Shown one piece after another: positions 1 to 12,000 of a DNA stretch of 64,000 nt (its first letter is position 1; the number at the start of each line of letters is the position of its first letter). The stretch lies in contig CBDCJH010000002.1 of assembly GCA_965217775.1 (NCBI GenBank), positions 2,560,001-2,624,000 of the forward strand. The letters run 5' to 3'. Under the pieces are notes generated by a model that saw only the letters and a list, made by a program, of their open reading frames with translations, searched no databases and had not been told where the DNA came from. The translations under genes and the position numbers were made by a program. Source of the stretch: Acidobacteriota bacterium. Its GTDB lineage: Bacteria; Acidobacteriota; UBA6911; RPQK01; JAJDTT01.

Positions 1-3000
1 GGTCCGGCCATTGGTCAGTCCGGTGACGGTATAGGCCAGGTCCGCGGAGCCGATGGAGGTCCACTCCCCGGCCCGGTCGATCCGGATCTGGTAGCCGGTG
101 AGGGCGGAGCGCCCGTCGCTCGCAGGCACATCCCAGGTCAGCGTCACTTCACCGTCCCCGGCCTCTGCCTGCAGGTTCAGCGGTGCCGTGGGCGCCGTCG
201 CAGCCGGCGGAGGAGGCGGAGGAGGCGGCGGAGGTGGTGGTGGCGGAGGCGGTGGCGGCGGCGGAGGGGGAGGCGGCGGTGGAGGAGGAGGGGGAGGCGG
301 CGGCGGGGCCGAGACTTCGTTGTCCTGGACCGTCACCCGGGCGTTCTGGGTCGAAGTCGGGCCCAGCCGGTACTCGGCTCCCGGCCGCAGCCGGGCGGTG
401 ACCCGGCTCGCGGATTCGGCGACGTCGTCATTGTCGGTCAACACTTCCAACGTCGCCGTCTCCTGTCCGGTCCGGAACTCCACCTCCTCCGGCGGTTCGT
501 ACCCGCCCGAGGTCTCGATCATCGATCTCGTCTCCGTGACCTCCAGGTTCACCGTCAGCGGGGCCTCCGTCGGGGGCCCCCGCGTCAGCGTGAACTCCAC
601 GGTCTCGCCTTCCGTCACCGTCTCCGACCCCTCCTTGGCCCCGATGGTGACCAGGGGCGGCTCGGCTGGTTCATTGGTCAACGTCTCGACCCCGTTCCCC
701 ACCTCGTCCTGGATCGGATTGAATCCCGGCGTATAGCTCACCATCACGGTTTCGCCGGCCGTCACTGGAGAGTTCAGCCTCAAGATGACGCTGTTTCCGC
801 TCACCCGAACCTGGACCACCGTTCGATCATCCCCGGCCACCGTCACCGCGAAATCGAACCGCGATGGTGTCGAGCCCTCATCCAGCGCCTCGTCGTAGGT
901 CAGCGCCACCCGCAAGCCATGCACCGTCACGCCCTCCAGTCCCGGCACGCTCGCATCCACCTTGTGGCCCGCCTGCGCCTCCACCGCCTCGTAACTCCGT
1001 GCCGCCGGGTTGTCCGCCAGATCCAGGATCTTTCCTCCATTGAGCGCGATGCTCCCGCGCGGGACGCTCACTCCGTCCTCGTCCTCGTCCCCTTTCTCCA
1101 CCGTGTAGACGAACACCACGGCCGGCCGGTCCGACCCTAAACTGGCGCTGGCCCGCTTCCGCCGGGTCCCTACCAGCAGGTCCAGCGTCGGCGTTCCCCG
1201 CACGGTGTCCACCGTCACAGGCTCGTCGTACCTCACCGTCACCGAGATCATGTCGTCGACCGCGTAGGTCGCGTCCGTCCCCGGGTCCGAGCTGATCTCG
1301 ATCCCTTCGATCGACGGCGCCGTCGTGTCCGGTGTCCGGTTGTCCACGAACTGGTCCCTGAAGGCTTCGGCGTCGTTGCCCACCCGGTCCTGGATCGGAT
1401 TCGATCGGGGTTCATAGGTCACCCGGATCCCCGTCTCTCCGTGTTCCGCCGCCGGGTTCACCGTGAGACGAACCTCACTCCCGCTCACCCGAAATCGGGT
1501 CACCGTGCGCGTCTCGTTGCCTCCCTCCACGGTGAAGTCACTCGTCGCCGGTCGTGAGGACGTATTCAGGGGTTCGTTGTAGGTCAGCGTCAGCGTCGCG
1601 CCGTTGACCACCGCCGGATCGGTGAGTGCCAGCAACGGGGCGACCGCGTCCACCTTGTGGCTCGAACTGGCCGCCACGGCCTCATGGTCCAGCACGGCGT
1701 TATTGCCGGCGCCGTCCTGAATCGTCCCTCCGGCTCGCGACAGCCGGTTCGCCTCGAGGCTCACTCCGTCCTCGTCGTTGTCACCAGTGACCACCCGGTA
1801 GGCGAATTTCACCGCCCGGTTCGAGACGCTCCGGTACTCCGCCGTTCGGCTTCGGCCGCCCACGTCCAGGGTCACTTCCGGCGTTCCGGTGATCACCACC
1901 GTCTCCTCGAACGTCACCGTCACCTCGATGGTCTCGTCCACGCCGTAGGTCCGGTCCGGCCCTGCGATCGAGGTGATCGCCACGTTGCTCACCGTTGGTC
2001 CCTTCGTATCTCCCGTCTCGTTCGTGACGATCTTGTTGCTCAACTGATCCGCATCGTTCCCTGCGGTGTCCTGGATCGGATTCGACCTGGGCTCGTAGTT
2101 CACCCGGAGGCGGCTCTCTCCATCCGCGACGGCCGAGCTCAGGGTCAGGAACACCGCGTTTCCGCTGACCCGGACGCCGGTGACCGTCCGGGTTTCACTC
2201 CCGCCTGTCACGGTGAAGTCGTCCGTCGCCGGCACCGAAGAGGAATCCAAAGGCTCGCCGTAGGCCAGCGTCAGCGTCGTCCCGTTCACGACCGCTCCGT
2301 CGGTCGTCGCCAAAGTGGGCTTGACCCCATCCACCTGGTGCCGGGAATCGGCCGCTACCGGCGCGTGGCTCAGCACGGCGTTGTTCCGGGCGCCGTCCCG
2401 GATCGTGCCGCCGGACAGGCGATTCGCATCGATGCTCACCCCATAGGCGGCACTGTCGCCCGAGACCGCCTGGTATTCGAACCTCACGGCCGCTCCCGTG
2501 AGGTCCTGGTAGTTGGCCGTCCGGCTCCGGCCGCCCAGGTTCAGCGTCAACCGCGGCGTCCCCGTCACCACCACCGTCTCGCTGAACGTCACCGTCACTT
2601 CGATGGTTTCGCCGGCCGCGTAGGTCCGGTCCGATCCTGCGTTCGAGGTGATCCTCACCGTCTCCACGGTCGGCCCCGTCGTGTCTCCCGTGTGGTTGGT
2701 GACCGGTTGGTCGTTCAGCTCATCCGCGGCGTTGCCCACCGGGTCCTCGATCGGATTCCCCCCCGGCTGGTAGCTCAACCGGAGGCCGCTCTCTGTGTCC
2801 TGCACGGTCGGACTCAGAGTCAGCAAGACCGCGCTTCCGCTCACCTGCACCCGGGTGACCGTCCGGGCCTCACTCCCCCCGGTCACGGTGAAGGCGCTCG
2901 CCGCCGGTCTTGAGGAGGAGTTCAGCGGTTCGCTGTAGGCCAGCGTCAGCATCGTCCCGTTCACGACCGCTCCGTCGCTGGTCGCCAGAGTGGGCTTGAC

Positions 3001-6000
3001 CCCATCCACCTGGTGCCGGGAATCGGCCACCACCGCCGCGTGCTCCAACACCGCGTCATTCTGCGCGCCGTCCCGGATCGTCCCGGTGCCCCGCGACAGG
3101 CGATTCGCCTCGATGCTCACTCCGTCCCTGTCGTTGTCACCCGGGACCACCCGGTAGGCGAACTTCACTGCCTGGCTCATGACACTTCGGAAGTTCGCCG
3201 TTCGACTCCGACCGCCTAGGTTCAGGGTCAATTGCGGGGTCCCCGTCACCACCACCGTCTCGTCGAACGTCACCGTCACCTCGATGGTCTCGTCCACCCC
3301 GTAGGTCCGATCCGACCCCGCACTCGAGGTGATCCGAACCGTCGATACGGCCGGTCCCGTCGTGTCTCCCGTCCGGTTCGTGACGCTCTTGCTGCTCAAC
3401 CGGTCCGCGTCGTTGCCGACCGTGTCCTGAATCGGATCCGACCCGGGCTCGTAGCTCACCCGAAGGCCGCGCTCACCGTCCGTTACGGCCGAGCTCAGCG
3501 TCAGGAACACCGCGCTTCCGCTCACCCGGACGCCGCTGACCGTCCGGGTCTCACTCCCTCCCGTCACGGTGAAGTCATCCGTCACCGGCACCGAAGAGGA
3601 ATCCAACGGCTCGCCGTAGGCCAGCGTCAGCGTCATGCCGCTGGCCACCGCTCCGTCGGTCGTCGCCAAAGTGGGCTTGACCCCATCCACCTGGTGCCGG
3701 GAATCGGCCGCCACCGGCGCGTGGTTCCGCACGGCGTTGTTCCGGGCGCCGTCCCGGATCGTCCCTCCCGACAGGCGGTTCGCGTCGATGCTCACCCCGT
3801 AAGCAGCACTGTCGCCGGAGACCACCTGGTATTCGAACCTCACGGCGGCCCCCGTGACGTCCTGGTAGTTGGCTGTCCGGCTGCGTCCACCCAGGTTCAA
3901 CATCAACCGCGGCGTCCCCGTCACCACCACCGTCTCGCTGAACGTCACCGTCACTTCGATGGTCTCGCCGGCCGCGTAGGTGGCATCCGACCCTGCATTC
4001 GAGGTGATCCTCACCGTCTCCACGGTCGGCCCCGTCGTGTCTCCCGTGTTGTTGGTGACCGGTTGGTTGTTCAACCCGTCCGCGGCGTTGCCCACCGTGT
4101 CCTCGATCGGATTCCCCCCCGGCTGGTAGCTCAACCGGAGGCCGCTCTCTCCGTCCGTTACGGCCGGGTTCAGCCTCAACAAGACCTCGCTTCCGCTCAC
4201 CTGGACTCGTGTGACCGTCCGCGTCTCGTTCCCGCCGGTCACGGTGAAGGCGCTCGCCGCCGGTCTTGAGGAGGAGTTCAACGGCTCGCTGTAGGCCAGC
4301 GTCAGCGTCGTTCCGTTCGCCACCGCCCCGTCGGTCGTGGCCAGCATCGGGGGCACCCCGTCCACCTGGTGCCGCGAATCGGCCGCCACCGCCGCGTGGT
4401 CGAGCTGCGCGTCATTCCCGGCGCCGTCGCGAATCCTCCCGCCGCCTCGTGACAGGCTGTCCGCATCGATACTCACCCCGTCCCGGTCGCGGTCGCCCCG
4501 GGCGACCTCGTACTCGAACTTCACGGCCGCCCCCGTGACACTCTGGTAGCCGGCCGTTCGACTCCCGCCACCCAGGTTCAGCGTCAGCCGCGGGGTCCCC
4601 GTCACCACCACCGTTTCGTCGAACGTCACCGTCACCCCGATGAGATCGCCCACCGCGTAGGTCCCGTCCGAATCCGCATTCGATGTGATCCGCACCGTCT
4701 CGACCACCGGCCCCGTCGTGTCGCCGGTGTTGTTGGCGACGCTTTGATTGCTCAACCGGTCCGCGTCGTTGCCCGCCGTGTCCCGGATCGGACTCTCTCC
4801 CGTCCCCGTCGGCACCGTGTAGCTCACTCGGAGGCTCGTCTCCCCGTGCTCCGCCGGTGGATCCAGCGTCAACTCCACCGCGCTCCCACTCACCCGCACC
4901 CCGGTGACCGTGCGCGTCCGGTTGCCCCCCGTCACCGTGAAGGCGCCCGCCGGCGGCACTGAGAACCGGTCCAGCTCCTCGCTGTAGGCCAGCGTCAGCG
5001 TCGCCCCGTTCACCACCGCGGAAGAAAACACCGGCGCCGTATCGTCCACGTCCTGGAGCCGGACGATGAAGTCCGCCTCCACTGGGTTGAACCCGTCGGT
5101 GACCTGCACCCGGACTTCGTAGTCTCGGTCTCTATTGGCGTCGTCCGGCCTCTCGTAGTCCTTGGCCGTCTTGAAAGCGAGCTCGCCGTCAGCCGTCACC
5201 GTAAACCTGTTCCGGTCCGCACCCCCCGCAATTTTCCACTCCAAATCCTCCACCGGGCCATCCGCGTCCGCCGCCGTCAGTCTCACCACCGCCGTCTGGT
5301 TCTCCGGCACGAGAATCGGTGAGGTCGTCGTGATCACCGGCGCCGCATCGTCATCGACGATCGTCAGCGTCAGGGCAGACGGTGGCGTCAACCCATTGAT
5401 GTTTTCCGCCGTCGCCGACACCGTCACCATCTTGTTGGGTGCGTCCACCTTGTTGTCCACGGCCCCTACCGTCACTTCCCCGGTGCTCGAGGTCTCGCCC
5501 GCCTTGATCGTCAGGGTCCGGTTCGCACTCAGCCTGAAGTCTCCCGCCACTGCCGGGGCTACCGTCACCGCCGACACCGTCACCGTCGTCACCGCGTTTG
5601 ACGCCCGTTCCAGGCTCGCCGTCACCGTGCTGACGCCGCCGTTCTCAGTGATCGAATCCGGCGTCAAATTCAGCGTCACCAGCACCGCTTCGTCCTTGAC
5701 GATCTTGAGGATCCGGTCCGTGCCGCGGCCGTTCGAGGTGGTCACATACAGGGCTCCGTCGGGGCCCAGCATCGGAGTCCGGAGCCGGCCGAATGCGTCT
5801 TCGAGCTCGGGTACGACGACCTGACTCACATAGCTGCCATCCGAGGTGAACTCGAAGAGGCGCAGCTTCGTGTCCTTGAGCGTGGCCACCGCCAGTCGTC
5901 CCTCCCAGACCCCCCACTGGTCACCCTCGAGGAAGATGCCTCCGCTGGTGGCCAAGGTCGGGAACCCCGACGACCACTTGGCCTCAACCGCGCCGGGAAA

Positions 6001-9000
6001 CTTCACCAGGTCGGTCATGGAAACCGATTCGTCGTAGCCCGGCACCGGATCCCAGCCGTAGTTGCGGCCGGCGGCCAGCAGGTTGATCTCGTCGTCCACC
6101 GACGGGCCGTGCTCCACCGACCACATCTGGCTGGTGCCGGGGCGGAGCGCCAAGCCCTGCACGTTCCTGTGGCCATAGGTGTAGACCCGTGAGGGAGCGA
6201 ACGGGTTGACCGGCGCTCCCGCGCCCGTGGACGGGTCGACCCGAAGGACCTTCCCTCCGAGCGAATTCAGGTCCTGCGGGACGGTTCCGGTTACCGCGTC
6301 GCCGGTCGCGATCCACAGATAGCCGTCCGGTCCGAAGCGCAACCGGCATCCGCCGTGACGGCTGCTGCCGGCGGGCATGCCCCCGACCAGCGGATCGTCA
6401 GTTCGGGTGGCGGTGGTGTAGGCAGCATCGATGGTCCAGGCGATCACCTGTATCTCAAGCCCGGTGTGGCCCTGGCAGGTGTAAAAGCGCCGGTTGGAGG
6501 TGAAATCCGGATCGACGGCGATTCCCATCAACCCGTTCTCTCCGGTGCTGAACAAGTCGCCGAAATCGGCGTTGACGGTCTGAACCGTACCGTCGACGAG
6601 TCGACTGCTCAGAACACCCCTACGCTGGGTGAACAGCATCGTCCCGTCGGGCGTGAAGGCGAGATCCCAGGGGATGGACAGGCCGGAGACGAGGGTGGAA
6701 ACCAGGAGTTTGGGCGGGGTGATCTCGTAGCTGCTGACGCCCCGCGCCCGCTTGCCGGAACCCTGCCTGTCGCTGTAGGACACCGTGGCTCGCAGATACA
6801 TTTCCTCGTCGGCGCCGGTCGGGCGGTAGCTGTCCGAGGTGGCGCCATCGATGTTCACCCATCCCCTGCTCCGGTCCGAAGATCGGGCCCATTGCCAGCT
6901 CGCGCCGCTCACACCGCCGTCCGGATCGCTCAATTTCGCCTCGATACCGGCCCCGGGCTTGGAAAAGCTCACCGTTCCGTCTTCCTCCAGATTGCGCACG
7001 GCAACGGTGACCGTCTGCTCTGCCGTCAGCGCCCGATCGTCCCTGCCGCCAGTCGCCGTCACGGTCACGACGTATTCGTTGTTCCCCGCGCCGTTGGGAG
7101 GATCCATGCTGGCGAGATCCGCCGCTCGCTCGTAGTTCGGCGGCGTCGCGAAGGTCAACTCGCCCGTGGTTTCACCGATCTCGAACCAGGAGGCGTCGGC
7201 GCCGCCGCTGACCGTATAGGTGACCCCGTCGCCGCTGTCCCGGTCCACGGCGACCAGGGTGGCGACCTCCGTCCGGTTCTCGTCCACCGTGAAGCTCGCG
7301 TTGCTGGTGAAGGAGGGCGCGGTGTTGACCGACTGGCGAGTGAAGGTCAGGGTCGCGATCGGCGCGTTCGAGAACTTGACCCGCCCCCGGAGGCTGGTGA
7401 TGGTTCCCCGCGGCGAGGTGTCGGCGTTCGACAGCGAAAATTCGGTTCCCTCCTCGGTCCCGGCGTCCCAGGGATACAGGTTCAACGCGCGCGACCGCAC
7501 CCAGCGTCCCTGCGCATCGAGCAGGGACAGCCCGGAGACGCCCACGAACCAGTCCGGACTCGGCGCGACCATCGTGAGCAGGGTGACCCGGGGATGTTCG
7601 GTGGTGAGCGAGACCGTCCCGATGGTTGACGAGCTGGTTGGGAGGATATTGCCGTCGCTGCCCTGAAGGACGGCGAGCGCATTCGGCTCGGCTGCCCGGA
7701 CTTCATTGGCCAGGATCCGGGTTCCCCCGAGTTCCGCCATGGACTCGACCCCCTGGCTGGCCATGCCGCCCTCTCTCAGGAAGGTCACGCCGGCGTCGTG
7801 GACACCGCCGATCAGGGTCGTGAAATGGGCTCCGGATGGAACGCCGCCGGAGCTGACGGAGGAGGTCCAGGTTCCCCGGAAGGTCACACTGTAGGTGGCT
7901 GTCGACGCGACCGAGACCGTCGGATCGCTCGCCGCCGGGTTCAGCCACATGTTGGGCAGCGCCTCGTCGTCGTCCTCGATCGTCAGCGTCAGGTCGGAAG
8001 GGTCGGTCACTCCCTGGCTGTTGGCGGCGTCCCCGGACACCCGGACCGTCTTGTCGGGGCCCTCCACATCGTTGTTGTTGGCGGTGATAGCCACGGTCCC
8101 CGTGCTGCCGGTCCGGCCCGCCGTGATGGTCAGCGCCTGGTTCGTGCTCAGGGTGAAGTCCCCCTCCACCGCAGGATTCACCGGCGTCACCGATACGGCC
8201 ACCGTCGTCGTCTCGCTCGACGCACGGTCCAACCTCGCCGTCACGGTGGTGGATCCTCGATTCTCAGTAATGGAGGTCCGCGACAGCCGGAGCGTCACCT
8301 TCGGAGCGGGGTCGTCGTCGGTGAGCGTGAGCGTCACTTCAGCCGGACCCATCACCCCCAGGCTGTTGCCGGCCATCCCCATAACTCTCACCGTCTTGTC
8401 GGGCGTGTCGACGTCGTTGTCGTTGGCGGTGATCGTCACCGTCCCCGTGCTGGTGGTCTGACCGGCAGTGATCATCAGCGTCTGGTTCGAGGTAAGCGTG
8501 AAGTCCCGCGACACCGCCGGGGCCACCGCCGTTGCCGACACCGACACCGTCGTCGTCTCACCCGACGGATTGCTCAGCCTCGCCGTCACGGTAGTGGACC
8601 CTCGATTCTCACTAATGGAGGTTTGCGACAGCTCCAGCATCACCGTCGGAGTGTCGTCATCCACGATCGTCAGCGTCACGTCGGCCGGACCCGTCACCCC
8701 CTGGCTGTTGCTGGCGGATCCCGACACCCGCACCGTCTTGTCCGGTGCGTGCAGGTTGTTGTTGTTGGCTCTGATCGTCACCATCCCCGTGCTGTTGGCC
8801 TGACCGGCCGCGATCGTCAACGTCCGGTTCGCGCTCAGCGCGAAGTCCCCCATCAGGGCCGGGGAGTTCGCCGTGGCGGACACGGTCACCGTCGTCGTCT
8901 CGCTCGAGGTATGGCTCAGCTTCGCCGTCACCATGGCGGACCCGCCGTTCTCGCTGATGGAGGCCGGGGACAGCTCGAGCGTCACCGTGGGCAGGACGCC

Positions 9001-12000
9001 CGGCATCGGCACCTCCACGGAAACCCGCGGACTGCGGCTCCCTTCGCCGCCGTTGACCACGGCCGCCACCTGGTAGACGTAGGTGGCGCCGGCAGTCACG
9101 TCGGTGTCGACGTAGGTGCGGTTGGAAGTGTTCTCGGAGAGGATCTCGACGGTGGTTCCGGCGGTGCGATAGAGGTTGTAGGTCCCGCCGGAGATTGCGG
9201 ACCAGGTCAGCGTCACTTGGCCCACCGTGGGTGTCGCCATCAGGTTCGGGCCGGCGCGAACCTGCCGGCCGAACTCCTGCCAGGTCGCTCCCCCGACCCC
9301 ATTGGTGTCCACGGAAAGCGCGGGGTACTGGCTGGAGGTCCCGAAGACCCAGGGATCATCGTTCATGCCGTCGCCGTCCAGGTCCAGGTTCCAGGCCGAA
9401 TAGATGCCGCTGGCGGCCGTGGGCAACTGCAACTCCGCCGTGGTCTTTGCTTGACCGGAGAAGCCGGTGGTGCGCCCCGACGTGTCGGAATCCCAATAGC
9501 TGTCGGTGACGCCGCCGCCGCTGGCGTTCCAGCCGATCAGGCCGCCGATGGCGCTTCGACCCGAGACCAGACCGGTTGCGTAGCTGACGTTGACGTCACC
9601 GCTGTTCCGGCCGATCAATCCTCCCGCCTCGAAATCTCCCACGACTCGGCCCGTCGCGTAGGCGGCGGTCAGGTTCCCGCTGTTGGACCCGGCGAGGCCG
9701 CCGACGCGGTCGTCTCCCGTCACCTGAACGGTGGAGAAACTGGCCGACACGGATCCGTCATCCAAGTTGGCCCCGACCAACCCGCCGACGTCGTCGTCGC
9801 CGGATACCTTGCCCGTGGCGAAGCATCCGCTGACGGCGCCGCCGTTGGACCCGACCAGGCCGCCGACGTTGTCCGTTCCCGTCAGCTGGACGGAAACCAG
9901 CTCCAGGTTACGGATGACAGCGGAGGATACGGCGCCGGACCGGGTCGCGCCGAACAATCCGATATCGTTTTCGCTACTGTCGATAAACAGATTGGTGATG
10001 GTCCGGCCGTTGCCCTCGAAGATGGCGGCGAAGCTGGAGAAGCTGTCGGATGAGTCACCGATGGGCAGCCATCCGGCGCCGTCGTTCCAGTAGGCGTCGC
10101 CGGCGTCGGCCTCACCGCTGCCGTCGGTGTCGAAGTCCAGATCGGCGTTCAATTCATATCCCACACAACCGAGCAGGCCGCCGCAGGCCAGGGAACCGCC
10201 CCCCCCGTCGGTGAACGCTTCGAAATAGGCTGTGGCATAGCTGAAGCCGTCCCCGGTCAGGTCAAGACGGACGGCATCGAGCTGCGCCAGATTACCGATT
10301 TCGATGAGGCCGTCGTCGTCGGTGTCGTAATCAACCGCCGTGGTGGGCCGAACCGACACCCAGAACCGCTGAGTCCTGCTCCGGTTGGACCCATCGTCGG
10401 TAGCGGTCACCGTGATTAACGTACGGCCTTCGGCGACCGGGATGATCGTCACCCGCGTCCCCGAAAGGGTCACCCGGGCGACGCTGGTGTCCGAGGAGGA
10501 CACGGCGTAGGTGATGGTGTCGCCCTCCGGATCCTTGAACGCCCCACCCACCTCCGTCATCGCCGAGTCTCCCACGAGCAGCACCCGCCACCTCAATCTG
10601 CCCACCGCCACCGGACGCTTGTTGCCGGCCACCGTCACCGATCCCGTGGCGCTCCGCACGGGTTCGCCGCCGTCCACCACCGCCACCACCTGGTAGATGT
10701 AGGTTTCACCGGCGACGTCGGTGTCCGTGTAGTCGAGCACGGTGAGGTTTTCGGCGATGGTCTCGAGGTCCTCGTCGTCTTCTCGGGTCACGGCGTAGGA
10801 CACACCCGGCGCCGGGCTCCATGCACTACTCAACGGCACTTCGGTCCATTCCAGTTCGACCTGGCTTTGCCCGGCGCTCGTCGTCGGTGTCGCGGTCAAG
10901 GTCGGACCGGACCGAAGCTGATAGCCGAACTCCTCCCACGTCGCATCGTCGTCTCCATTCATGTCCGCCTTGAGGGCCGGATACTCGCTGGACGTCCCGA
11001 AGTCCCAGGGGTTATCGTTTATTTTGTCTTCGTCGATATCCACGTTCCAGCTTCCGTAGATGCCGCTGTAGCTCCGGGGCGACTGCAGTTGCGCCGTCGT
11101 CCTGCCCGAGCCGGGTGATCCCGATCCCTGCCCTGACGTGCGCGTATCCCAGTAGCTGTTGGTGACGGTCCCTCGCTCATTTCGTCCCACCAGCCCACCA
11201 GTCCTGGAGCCCGCGACGCGCCCCGTCGCATAGCTGGCAGTGATAATGCCCTCGTCGTAGACACGACCGACCAGCCCGCCGGCAGTCCCCCCATCAACGC
11301 TGCCGGTCGCATAGCTGGCCCTGATCGTTGCCTCAGCGCGTGGCGTCGCGATCGTGCCGACGAGTCCGCCCGCGGGCGACCCGCTGACCGGACCCGTCGC
11401 ATAGCTGCCACTGATCAATTTACTTTGGTGGTAACCGACCAACCCGCCGGCTGAACTGTCCGAGGTGACCGGACCGGTCGCAAAGCTGGAGATGACGAAA
11501 CCGGTGTTGTAACCGACCAACCCGCCGGTGGCGGCTAGCGGCCCGAACGTAAGGACGAGGCCTGTGCCGGGAGGCCGTGGCGGCCTCTTTCCCGTTACCG
11601 CCGCGGAGCTGCGGGAGAGGTAGACGAGCTTCAGATTGAGCCCGACCAGTCCCCCGACGTGAAGCTCCCCAGATACTTGCCCCGACGACTGGATGCCGAT
11701 GAGAAGGCCTTGGTTCTCCCCGACCAGCGCCCCGGCAGCCTCCGTGCCTGTCACGTTCACGTCGCTCAACGTGAGGTTGCCGACGACGCCGTCCAATCCG
11801 ATTCTGCCGAACAACCCCGAGTACGCACGACCCGCAGTGAAGAGGTTGCTCAGGGTGTGTCCGTTGCCGTCGAACGTCGCGTTGAAGAACAGGGCATACT
11901 CGTAGGTGGAATCCCAGCCGATGGGCACCCAGCCGTTGCCGTCGTTCCAGTAGTCGTCGTCTGAATCGACCGCCCCATCCCCGTCGGTGTCGAAGTCCAA

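Noticed and set aside
98-736. Poly-glycine proteins on the + strand (also near 19158, 31382, 48880)
   Set aside because: Reverse complement of the poly-proline tracts
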